From: Histomonas meleagridis 2922-C6/04-290x
Lineage: Eukaryota; Protista; Parabasalia
Direction of reading: 5' to 3'
Assembly: GCA_020184695.1 (NCBI GenBank)
Contig: JAANOX010000030.1
Coordinates: forward strand, 124,001-188,000
DNA length: 64,000 nt
A program made the translations under genes and the position numbers. The notes beneath the pieces are model-generated. The model did no database searches and was not told the origin of the DNA. It saw only the letters and a program-made list of their open reading frames with translations. Of the stretch, positions 1 through 10,114 are shown piece by piece (position 1 is the stretch's first letter; each line of letters opens with the position of its first letter).

Positions 1-563
1 TCAAAATGTATAATTAATAAAATTCAATATAGATTTTGTGGATATTAATTAATTTCATAGATATTATTGCCCGTTCGGAGTCCCTTAGTTTTCTGACCCA
101 TCTTAGATTATTTTTTTCGTACATATCTCTCAACTTTATAAAGTTTTACGAAATCACTATAACTAATTAATGCTTTAAGACTCAGAATATGAACAGTATA
201 TTAATTTGTCAGAAAAATAATTGGATTATTTAATAAATATATATATTTCAAACGATTTAATTTTTTGATTAGCTAAATTTTTTTAACAATATTGTTGAAA
301 GCAAATGCTTTTGTGGGGGCATGGTTGGTTGAAATTATATATTTTTAGTGCACACACGAATTGTTAATAAATATAGAAATCATTTTTATCTTGACCCAAT
401 TCTGTTCTAGTTCAATTGTTTAAATCAAGATGCTATTAAACCATTGAAATAAGTTAATATGACGATTTCCATTATGTTGTCATATGACTTTCGAAGTTTT
501 TTATAATTTTTTTCACAATATTTAAAAACAAAAACTAATTCTAAACACAATTTACAAAACAAG

Positions 564-3500
564 TTAAGACTTTTCTGAATAAGATTCCATTATCGGTGTT
601 ACATACGCCGGGTATCCAACGGGCAAATTACAGCTTTGATTTGTCAAATTCCTTAAACTTTGCACATTAAATTGGATTGAGTTTCTTTCTCTTGAAGAGT
701 TAGCGAAGAACAACAAACTTCTAATTTCGTTTGCCCAAAATCCTCTAATGCATTCGCTTTCCATTTGGAAGAAAGACCATTCTGTTATCGAGTTACTTAA
801 TCTTACAACTGATACTATATCTTGATCATATACCATTGTTATTACTGATTTTTTACCTTCTTTTAAAACGCTTTCTAATTCTTCTGATCTTAAAGGTAAT
901 GCAATATATTTATCATAAATTTCATTAAAGAAGTTAAACAATTCTTCATTATCATTTGAAGTTGGTTCAAGTCCAACACTTATCATTAATAACGAAGCAA
1001 TTGAAAACCTAAAACAAGGACAAATGATATTCTCTTCAATGATACCATTCATATTAATTTCGATTTTACCTTCAAACAATTCGAAACATTTCTCTGGTAT
1101 GAAATTCCCAGTCCTATTAACAATTACAGTATGGATAAAATGAATAACAATCCACATACGTTGTAATAACTTCGGACAAAATTCTAACCCGAAATTTTCG
1201 GCAATACATTTTATGAACTTTAAATGTGTTTGTGAGAATTTCGGTATAATATTTTGAAGATAATTATCATTCTCTTCTTCTTCAGAGTTAATAATATTCG
1301 GATTCTCTGAGATGATCTTTAAGACACTATAAACAAGTGACTTAAGTTCCCAACTTAATGCTGAGCGACCTAATGGTGGTAAAACAGTATCTTGAAATCC
1401 AAATGTTGAAATACCAACCATTTCAATTGGCTTATTATATATTCGAAGCTCATACATACTAAAATTAGATGTTAACGCAAGATGTATATTACCGAAATTT
1501 TGATATTCTAATATAATCTTTTGTAATGTTGATATTTCATTATCATGACAAAGTGTTTGTTCTATATATTCTAAGCCACGTAATTGAAATGATATTTTAT
1601 TAGCTTCAATAGATATTATATGTAATATCGCTGCAAATTCACCAGAAATCATTAAAAAAAATGAATCATCTGTAACTAAACCTAATTCGCCATCTTTGAT
1701 CATTTTCCCTAAATTCATTTGAAGCTTTTCTGATAATGATAAATAAATTGGTGCTTCAAGTGGATGTTCTAAAGTTGATTGATTTAATGTTTTATTATTA
1801 TTACCATTATCATTATCATTTTGTTGTTCTTCTTCTGATGCTAAATGATCATAAAATAAATTCGGCTTTGGCGGACAAAATGTAAATAACATTTGATAAC
1901 CCGATAAAATTAACATTGGAGAACCAGTAAAGAAACTCCATAAAAATGATAAAAATGATAACGCTGAAAATGGTTGTACTATATTACAGATGAAATAACA
2001 TAATATTATACTTAATATATATTTCTTATTATCAATGATATCATTCTTAAATAATGAATATGGTAAAAGTCGCCATTTATACCATAAACGAATAAAACGA
2101 AAAACTTTAATAAGTTTTCGAGATATTAATAAACTTAATAAAAATACTAATGCTGTAGGTGGTATATCATAATCATGTTGAAATAATATTATTGTTAAAT
2201 ATAATGAGAATGAAAATATATGTGGTAATGTTTGTGCAACTCTTAATGCTTGTAATATTAAAATTGCTCCTAAAAGTGGATATAAATTTTTATCATTAAT
2301 TAATGAAAATGATATAAATGCAGGCGCAGTGACGAAGTTAGTTATAAAATGTGGATATTTAGTTAGAAAGTTATATTTTAATATTCTTCCATAAAATATT
2401 AAATATCGTTGATGTGTAGATAAATATGGTATAATTATATCAATAAGAAAATGTGCACCGAAAAATAAATATAATAAAATTGTTAATATTTTCTCATCTG
2501 TAATTAACACTAAAAATGATGTACAACCCGATATAAATGATACTATTATCGATTTAAACAAATGATTCCTCATAAAAACTCGGAAATTATCCGAAATCGA
2601 AAACTGTATAAAAAAAGTGATGACAAATATTGATATTGCTATTGTAATATAATTAATCCCTAATAAAAAGATTAATGATGTTCCAAATACTATTAATAAT
2701 GACCAAAAAAAACTTAAAGAAGCTTTTTTTAAGCCTGTTGATCCATTAAGTCCAAATAAATATTTGTTTAATGTTTCAACTAAATAATGAATTGTAGTTA
2801 ATGGATGTCCAAAAACTCCAATAAATATTAAAATAGGATAAAAACGAAATAAATTAACAGCAAATATTTCGATGATATTTAAAATGGGTTCCCATGTAAT
2901 AGTTATCGATAATTGTTCAATATATGTACTAACAGGTAAATATTTCCGACATATGTTAATCCCACAAATGATTCCTGTCATTCCAACACAGATAGATGCT
3001 CGTGTATATGATAAATATGGATCTGTTAAATTGGTCGAATATGGATCTGATGTCGGTGGTAATAATAAGGAAAAAATTGCAGTGCAACAAATTAACGCTA
3101 TATACCAATGCCATCCAGACGGATTTAAATGTTGTGTTTCTGGTACAAAAAGTGCAAGTAAAAATGTGATTATCACACATGATAAAAGATGCCAATTATT
3201 AGCAGGGCGTGTAAAGGCACGTGATAAAGAATCTCTGTCAAAGTGTATGTTAATAATTTGACCGCATAAAACTATCATATTTGTTTTAACACGGCGTATT
3301 GGTGCATGACTTTTGGTCTCTGGTGTGACAACTCCTTGTTGAATAAGTTCATAAAGTCGAAAGACTTCATCAACATCAAAACCGCGGCGAACAAGTTGAT
3401 ATGCACGTTCATCTGTTGGGATTCGTTCATTAAAAAAAACTGAGCGAGCTTCCCATAATGGCCCACTAATTCCTGGTGGAATGCTGGGGATATCTTCTAT

Positions 3501-3773
3501 ATCCTCGGGTTCATCTACTGCAACTGATTCATCCAATAATATATTAAACCAAGTAACAATAAGTTCAATAATTAAAATAAAAACAGCCCCAATTGATGCA
3601 ACAAGAAAACGTATTGTATATGTTGTTTCAAGAGAAATTAATAAATAAAAATATCCATATAATAGCAAACAAACTACAATTTTGATAAGATTCGGCCAAA
3701 AATCATTTCTGTGTAAAATAAACCCACCAGTAAAGGAACAAAGAATGTGGAGTTTAATTCCATACAATTCCAT
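564..3773 (-). CDS. Pecanex-like multi-pass membrane protein (Pecanex C-terminal domain)
   Basis: 1069-aa ORF with many TM segments. C-terminal motifs FQLRGLEY...TLCHDNE and ERNSIQFNVQSLRNLTNQSCNLPVGYPAYVTP match the pecanex signatures (FQLRGLEFRGTYC; RNSIQ...LRN...SCDQPIGYPIYVSP). Confidence 0.85.
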   Translation of the reverse strand: MELYGIKLHILCSFTGGFILHRNDFWPNLIKIVVCLLLYGYFYLLISLETTYTIRFLVASIGAVFILIIELIVTWFNILLDESVAVDEPEDIEDIPSIPPGISGPLWEARSVFFNERIPTDERAYQLVRRGFDVDEVFRLYELIQQGVVTPETKSHAPIRRVKTNMIVLCGQIINIHFDRDSLSRAFTRPANNWHLLSCVIITFLLALFVPETQHLNPSGWHWYIALICCTAIFSLLLPPTSDPYSTNLTDPYLSYTRASICVGMTGIICGINICRKYLPVSTYIEQLSITITWEPILNIIEIFAVNLFRFYPILIFIGVFGHPLTTIHYLVETLNKYLFGLNGSTGLKKASLSFFWSLLIVFGTSLIFLLGINYITIAISIFVITFFIQFSISDNFRVFMRNHLFKSIIVSFISGCTSFLVLITDEKILTILLYLFFGAHFLIDIIIPYLSTHQRYLIFYGRILKYNFLTKYPHFITNFVTAPAFISFSLINDKNLYPLLGAILILQALRVAQTLPHIFSFSLYLTIILFQHDYDIPPTALVFLLSLLISRKLIKVFRFIRLWYKWRLLPYSLFKNDIIDNKKYILSIILCYFICNIVQPFSALSFLSFLWSFFTGSPMLILSGYQMLFTFCPPKPNLFYDHLASEEEQQNDNDNGNNNKTLNQSTLEHPLEAPIYLSLSEKLQMNLGKMIKDGELGLVTDDSFFLMISGEFAAILHIISIEANKISFQLRGLEYIEQTLCHDNEISTLQKIILEYQNFGNIHLALTSNFSMYELRIYNKPIEMVGISTFGFQDTVLPPLGRSALSWELKSLVYSVLKIISENPNIINSEEEENDNYLQNIIPKFSQTHLKFIKCIAENFGLEFCPKLLQRMWIVIHFIHTVIVNRTGNFIPEKCFELFEGKIEINMNGIIEENIICPCFRFSIASLLMISVGLEPTSNDNEELFNFFNEIYDKYIALPLRSEELESVLKEGKKSVITMVYDQDIVSVVRLSNSITEWSFFQMESECIRGFWANEIRSLLFFANSSRERNSIQFNVQSLRNLTNQSCNLPVGYPAYVTPIMESYSEKS

Positions 3774-3897
3774 GGTGGATTAGATTGAATATTCTTGATC
3801 GATAACCGGAAAAAACATGAACGGCAAAAGTCGACACTTTTTACATATTTTTAAAAATGTCAAAAAAATTGAATAGTTCTAATAATGTCAAAAAAAT

Positions 3898-4098
3898 ATG
3901 GAAAATCAACAAAATGAAGAAGTTGGTGATCTTCAAAGTGATGATGCCGAAGAAAATCCACAAGAAAATTTAAAAATAGCACAAGATCCATTTCCTTTAT
4001 TATTTGTTCCAGCATCACAAGCACCATATATCCAAAAACGAATTGCTCAACAAAGTAGACAAGATGTAATGGAACTACTTCAAGCGGCGTCAAATTAA
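3898..4098 (+). CDS. Small acidic hypothetical protein (66 aa)
   Basis: ATG-initiated ORF, protein-like composition, divergent from the pecanex gene. No recognisable domain. Confidence 0.4.
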   Translation: MENQQNEEVGDLQSDDAEENPQENLKIAQDPFPLLFVPASQAPYIQKRIAQQSRQDVMELLQAASN

Positions 4099-4359
4099 AT
4101 CAATTTTATTTGTATGTAAACTAAAAATTTAACATTATTTTGAATTCAATTAATTTTAATAAATCAAAGTTAATATTTTGCTTATTTTGGTTTTATATCT
4201 GGTAATAGTTTTACTTAAAAACATTAAAGTATATGAGTAGTGCAAAGATATTTTGTTAACATCCCAGACGGACCACCCTAATTTTTGAATGAAACTGATT
4301 TAACACCTTTGAAATTTCTATGAGTTTCAAAAAGTGCTTATCATCGTTTTTTTAAGTAA

Positions 4360-4365
4360 TCATTT
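4360..4365 (+). promoter_or_regulatory. Trichomonad-type initiator (Inr) TCATTT
   Basis: TCATTT ends 9 nt before the ATG at 4374 and fits the TCA(T/C)T(T/A) parabasalid Inr consensus. Confidence 0.55.
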
Positions 4366-4373
4366 CACATTTA

Positions 4374-5954
4374 ATGTACGCCCAATCAAGCGGTTACATC
4401 AAAAGCGTTCAAGAATTTCCAATCGAAGAAGTTCATGATCCACGTATGGAAAAGATCTCAAGAACTCAACTACTTTCCGAACATGCCACACTTTCATTTT
4501 TATTAACTTCAATATACCATAAGCTCTTTAATCGATTTCTCAAAGTTGAACATTCCCTCGGATCTGGTTATTATTGCGCGGATTCAGAAGATATCGAAAT
4601 CACAGAAGAAAACGTCGAAGCAATGAAAAAAGAAATGTTGGACCTCTTAAACTCTGATATCGAAATCAAAAAGGTTCGTATCCCACGTTCTGAGCTTGTT
4701 GCTTTCTTCATCGAGCAAAAATTCAATGACAAACTTGGTCTAATGAAGACATGGAGCGAAGATTATATTACCTGTATCCAATGTGGTGATTACATTGATT
4801 ATGCTCTTGAACCAATGTCAACAGACAAAGAAAGACTTAAGAAATTTGAATTACGCAAATACCAAAATGGTCTTATCATTCGTTTCCCAACTCTTTTGAC
4901 ACCAAATGATATCCCAGAATGGAGTGATCCAAAGGCGCTCTTTGATATGTTTAAAGAATATCGTGAATGGGCTAAACTTATTAATTGTGATACCGTATCA
5001 AAACTTAACGATATCATTTACCACCGTAAGATTAATGACCTTAAATGGATCGCAGAAGGTCTTCATGAGCAAAAGTTTGCAAAGATCGCAAAACATCTTA
5101 TCAAGAACTTCCCAACAAAGAGAATCGTAACAATTGCAGGCCCATCCTCATCCAACAAGACAACATTTGCAATGCGTCTTGCTATCCAACTTCGTGTTAA
5201 TGGATATGATTCAATTGTTATTGGAATGGATGATTTCTATAAGGATACATGCGACATTCCATATGGCGCTGATGGGCTTCAAGATTTTGAGTCATTTAGT
5301 GCTCTTAACGTCGAAATTCTTGGACAAATTGTTCATCGTATTTTATCTGGTGAAACTGTTCCAGCAAGAAAGTTCAACTTTAAGACTGGAAAGGGTTACT
5401 TTGATGATAAGAAGACTTACACACTCCCTAAGAACTCATTTTTGATCATAGAAGGTATCCATGGTCTCAATCCCGAACTTTTAATGTCACTTGGAGCAGA
5501 CCAAGTCACACCTATTTATGTCTCCGCATTGACTCCTTTGAAGTTAGACTATAACCATCGCTTCCCAACATCTGATCTGAGATTGATTCGAAGAATCATC
5601 CGTGACTATAGATATCGTGGATACTCTCCAAGAAGAACCATTATGCGATGGACAAGCGTCCGAGTTGGAGAAGAACGAAACATTTTCCCATTCCAAGGAA
5701 ATGCTGAACTTTTCTTCAATTCCGCATTAGTTTATGAATTGCCTGTTTTGTCTGTTTATGGTAAAGCATTGCTTGCTGAGGCTACAATCCCAGAAAAGGG
5801 AGAAGATCCTGACTCAGAGCAATCCCAAGAAATCACTAAGGAAGCAAGAAGATTACTTGGATTATTGAACTTCTTCTATCCAGTAGAAACTGAAATCGTT
5901 CCACATATTTCCTGCATCCGTGAGTTCGTCGGTGGATCAGATTTGAAATACTAA
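4374..5954 (+). CDS. Bacterial-type uridine kinase/phosphoribulokinase-family protein with ThrRS-like N-terminal region
   Basis: 526 aa. N-terminal ThrRS-editing-like segment (VEHSLGSGYYC), then the kinase domain IAGPSSSNKTTFA, GMDDFY, IIEGIHGLNP, DLRLIRRIIRDYRYRGYS, WTSVRVGEERNIFPFQ and FNSALVYEL. Confidence 0.85.
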   Translation: MYAQSSGYIKSVQEFPIEEVHDPRMEKISRTQLLSEHATLSFLLTSIYHKLFNRFLKVEHSLGSGYYCADSEDIEITEENVEAMKKEMLDLLNSDIEIKKVRIPRSELVAFFIEQKFNDKLGLMKTWSEDYITCIQCGDYIDYALEPMSTDKERLKKFELRKYQNGLIIRFPTLLTPNDIPEWSDPKALFDMFKEYREWAKLINCDTVSKLNDIIYHRKINDLKWIAEGLHEQKFAKIAKHLIKNFPTKRIVTIAGPSSSNKTTFAMRLAIQLRVNGYDSIVIGMDDFYKDTCDIPYGADGLQDFESFSALNVEILGQIVHRILSGETVPARKFNFKTGKGYFDDKKTYTLPKNSFLIIEGIHGLNPELLMSLGADQVTPIYVSALTPLKLDYNHRFPTSDLRLIRRIIRDYRYRGYSPRRTIMRWTSVRVGEERNIFPFQGNAELFFNSALVYELPVLSVYGKALLAEATIPEKGEDPDSEQSQEITKEARRLLGLLNFFYPVETEIVPHISCIREFVGGSDLKY

Positions 5955-6178
5955 GTCATTTAGATGCGTTTTGGGAAATAAACCCTTATGTGCATGAAAT
6001 TCACTTTTGTTTCAGTGCTTTACGTATATAAACTTCTCAATGTGAACTTTCGTTTTTTGTGTAATTTGCCTTCTTTACTGTTTATGTGTATCTTTATATT
6101 TATTTATACTGTAACATCTGCGAGTTATGATGTTTGTCTTACATATTTATGAAATGAATTGGATTTGGAAAATTCCAT

Positions 6179-6760
6179 TTACTCAAGAACTTCCTTGATT
6201 TCAAAGAAAGACTGTGGGAAACGGCATGCTGGACAAGCCTTTGGAGCTGAAAGGCCTTGGAATACATATCCACAATTTCGGCATTTCCATAACATTGCAC
6301 GTGTACGCTTGAATACAGTGCCGTTCTCAACCTTTTCAAGAAGGGTCTTGTAGCGAAGTTCGTGCTGTTTCTCAACTTGAGCGATAAGCTTGAAAGCTCT
6401 TGCAACATCCTTGAATCCTTCCTTTTCAGCTATCTTGGCGAACTTAGGATACAAAACTTCTGTTTCTTCATTTTCACCTGCAGCTGCTGCTCGAAGATTT
6501 TCAGCAGTTGAACCAATTCCTGACAAAGGAACTGTTGCTGGTACTTCAATGGCTGTGCCACCATTTTGTTTAAGGAGATTAAAGAAGATTTTGGCGTGTT
6601 CGCGTTCGTTTTCTGCAGTTTCTAAGAAGATTGCAGCTATTTGTTCGTAACCTTGTTTCTTAGCAACTTCTGAGAAGTATGTATATTTAGTACGAGCCAT
6701 GCATTCTCCTGCGAATGACATAGCCAAGTTCTTCTCTGTTTGAGTTCCACTCAAAGACAT
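6179..6760 (-). CDS. rbr: Rubrerythrin (diiron four-helix bundle plus C-terminal rubredoxin domain)
   Basis: TEKNLAMSFAGE, AENEREHAK, AAGENEETEVLYP and VEKQHE supply the diiron ligands. CRNCG...CPAC is the rubredoxin-type site. Confidence 0.95.
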   Translation of the reverse strand: MSLSGTQTEKNLAMSFAGECMARTKYTYFSEVAKKQGYEQIAAIFLETAENEREHAKIFFNLLKQNGGTAIEVPATVPLSGIGSTAENLRAAAAGENEETEVLYPKFAKIAEKEGFKDVARAFKLIAQVEKQHELRYKTLLEKVENGTVFKRTRAMLWKCRNCGYVFQGLSAPKACPACRFPQSFFEIKEVLE

Positions 6761-6762
6761 TT

Positions 6763-6768
6763 AAGTGA
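6763..6768 (-). promoter_or_regulatory. Initiator (Inr) TCACTT
   Basis: Minus strand reads TCTCACTTAA-ATG immediately before the rubrerythrin start. Confidence 0.6.
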
Positions 6769-7151
6769 GATGGTGAAGTCAACGATGTTGGAATTGAATA
6801 AATGTAGAAGAACAGCATTCAATTTTGAAAAGATCAAATTTGACGTTGAAAATGAACAAACTTCGTTGTAACTCTGGAAATTTTTTGGCAACTTTATTTA
6901 ACCGAGGTTCAAGTTCGAGTTATCGAGTCATGATGTGCAAAAAGTGCACTTTGGACATAGGTCCGATTTCTAATTTATAAAAAAAGAGATTGGTTAGCCC
7001 AGAAATGACATACTACAAACATATTCTTAAATAAATTCCTCAAAAACAGAGCATCTGTTCCGGAATTCTCCAACCGAAACAAATAACAACAGGTTTTCGT
7101 ACATTTGATTTTTAGGGTATAAAAATATTGATCTATGAGCAAAGTTAGCTT

Positions 7152-7733
7152 TTACGGTTGATACTCTATTAAATTTTCGTCATACGTTTCATTGCTAAGG
7201 TTAGGATAATATTGTGATCCTTGATTTTCTTCATAATCATTAGTATATTTTGGAATTGTTTCAGTTGCATTAATGATCCTTTGTTGTGGATTTCTACGAT
7301 CATTAGCTCGTTCAATGGAATCTTCTGATGGATCAGGACAACAACAACAGCAACATTCCTCACTTGTACATCTAAAGTATGGTGTCTGGCAGCAGCAAGA
7401 TGGCTTTCCACAACATAGACAATTTTCCCCAGGAACACAACAAGATTCTGGACAACAACAAAACTGCCATATATGGCAATACCAAAGATTATCAACAAAA
7501 TTCCCTTCAATGCAAGGGCAAGGAAGCCACCTTTTACTATTAGGGCATACTCGATGAATTAGCGTATTGATCAATTTGCAAATCATTATGATGGGAAATA
7601 ATTCTATTAATAAATGTCCACAGAATATGAGAAAAATTGTAAAACAAATAATTCGAAGCCATAATGGTAGCTTGTTGGTTTGGTTTAATTCAACAGAATC
7701 TTCTGGTTGATATATCTTATCCTTTTCCTCCAT
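7152..7733 (-). CDS. Cysteine-rich membrane protein
   Basis: Probable start MEEKDK (ATG 7733) rather than 7790. One hydrophobic hairpin is followed by a dense Cys tract (FCCCPESCC...ECCCCCCPDP). Confidence 0.6.
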   Translation of the reverse strand: MEEKDKIYQPEDSVELNQTNKLPLWLRIICFTIFLIFCGHLLIELFPIIMICKLINTLIHRVCPNSKRWLPCPCIEGNFVDNLWYCHIWQFCCCPESCCVPGENCLCCGKPSCCCQTPYFRCTSEECCCCCCPDPSEDSIERANDRRNPQQRIINATETIPKYTNDYEENQGSQYYPNLSNETYDENLIEYQP

Positions 7734-8407
7734 TTTGAACGATAGAAAATTCAGAATGACGATTTTTCTAAGAAAACAGTTTATTTTCAATTAAATTGGA
7801 CGTTAAAACGGTTCAAACCGTGTAATTTTTCCTATGTGAAGTTTCCTATGTAAAGCATTTAAATTTTTTTTCAGATATATTTTGTTATCTTCTTACTCAG
7901 GTTGATCCTATTTAAAAATTTCGTCTACGAATGTAGTTTATAGAGTCTCATCTGAAGATATAATTATTTAGAAATTTAAAAACAAGCAGCTTCTAAATAT
8001 TGTTGGATATCGATAATAACCGATTTTAAACACTTTTTTATATATGAACGGTTAGTATTCATGTTCTTACAAATGCGGAATTATCAACCGGTTATATCGG
8101 TTTTGACAATTACAGGTAAATTATCGGAATAAACAAAATGAACAATTGCACAACGGGCTTAACGGTTTAAGAAATTGAATGGCCCATTAATTACTTTCAA
8201 ATGAAGGTAACATTTTGATGGTTGTCGTGCATGATACCGGTTACCATGTGTCAACAAATTTGAATGTACCAAATACTTGAATTTATTGTGTTTGAAAGGC
8301 TATGCCAGAAGCTGGGAAGAAGCTGGTATTAAATATATCATATATAATTCATGTTCACACCGGATATGAAAAATAGTTTATAAAAATTAAATTTGTTTGT
8401 TATTTAA

Positions 8408-9353
8408 ATCTTTCTAATATTAAGTATAGAATATGAAACATTTGTAATTTCCAATTCAAGTGGATTTGAAGAAGCTGCTAAAAACAAAGATAATATTTCA
8501 TATATTATTATTAGTGGAGATGTTAGTGAAATCCCATCGTACGTATTTTCTAAATGGACTTCATTAATATTTGTTGAAATTGGGAACAATGTAAAAATAA
8601 TCGGTAGTTATGCCTTTGACCATTGCGAGTTATTGACAACAAAAGTAATTGGAAAAAATGTTGAAACAATTGGTGAATCTTCATTTTCTTATTGTAATTC
8701 ATTAAAGAATATTACAATTCCATCTTCGGTCACAACAATCAGTGAAAGTTTATTTCATTATTGTACTTCATTAACGAATATTACGATTCCATATACAATT
8801 ACATCAATTGGAAATTTTGCATTTCAACAATGTTTTGCTTTAGTAGATATTGAAATTCCATCTTCAGTTACAACAATTGGGGATTATGCATTTAGTTTTT
8901 TTCATTCATTCGTGAATATTGAAATTCCATATTCTTGTTTTTCTTTATCAAAAATTATAATTCCATCTTCAGTTACCACAATCGGAATGATGACACTTTA
9001 TAATTGCATTTCGCTTAAATGCATATATTACAACGGAGAGAAGGCTCCATCATTTAGGGATAATGTTTTTTCCGGAGTTCCCGCAAAATATGTTATGACA
9101 TTCAATTCATATATTGAATATAATAATTGATAAATTTGGCATTTTAGAAGCATATAGTCAATCGAATACATTTTCGCAATCAAATGGTTTTACTAAATCA
9201 AATACATTTAATCCTTCATTGCAATTTGATTTCACATTAATTCATTCCATTGTTTTTATCAATTCACTTTCACTTACAAATACAATTATTGAAACATTTT
9301 TCATAACAAATACAATAATACTTTCTATGATTAATCAAGAATATACACAGTAA
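8408..9353 (+). pseudogene. BspA-like (LRR_5/TpLRR) surface protein pseudogene
   Basis: The frame of track ORF 8633 is open back to 8408 (IFLILSIEYETF...) but is preceded by TAA at 8405 and has no ATG. It carries repeats ITIPSSVTTIGxxAF. It shifts frame near 9115-9130 into the SQSNTFSQSNGFTKSNTF stalk typical of these proteins, then stops at 9353 with no TM anchor. Confidence 0.7.
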
Positions 9354-10114
9354 ATTCACAAATTTCTTACTATGACTCAAAAATTACTGAATTTTATTCT
9401 AATTTTACTTTATATCTGGAATTTACCAAAAATTCTTTCTGATAATCAAGAAACCGCATTTCAATATATATATTTATATCTTCATGTTAATTGATGAAAT
9501 ACCATATATTCTAAATTCTCCCATTTTTATAATGTTTAGCCATAAGTAGAAGCAAAATTTTTTTTAATTCTTATTTAAATAAGATTAAAAATTTAATATT
9601 ATGTTTATATTACAATTCCGACAGTTCCGATCTACTATTACATTTTTTTATACATTCAAGTTGCATTTCTGGTTGATTTTTACTGTGATTGAGAGGAATG
9701 AGCCACAAGCGAAGAAAAACAATTTTTTCCCGCCATTTTACTACACCCTTCATAATTTCATTTACTTACTTTCCAAGACCAAGTTGAAAATGAATTTTTA
9801 ACATTAACAATAAATATATTTATGATATATTATTAAACTAAAAAAAAAGTCTATAAGGAGGAAACTATTGACTCTCTTTTAAATTATGTCTGTAAAAATC
9901 AATTTAATATAACATAAACAATGAAATTGATATATATTTCATAATTTAGATAATGAATTTAAGCAATAACAAAGAATTATTTACTTAACATTAATTCTCT
10001 TTATTTTAAAGTCAATAAAAAATAAAAAATTTCATCTGCAAATAATTTTTAATAATTTCAATGATTATATATATTTATTTACATTTTATTTTATTTTTTA
10101 TTATTTATCGCCAT

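Noticed and set aside
9601-9801. 66-aa ORF / possible ncRNA between the BspA pseudogene and the RhoGEF gene
   Set aside because: Low-complexity translation and no supportable structure.
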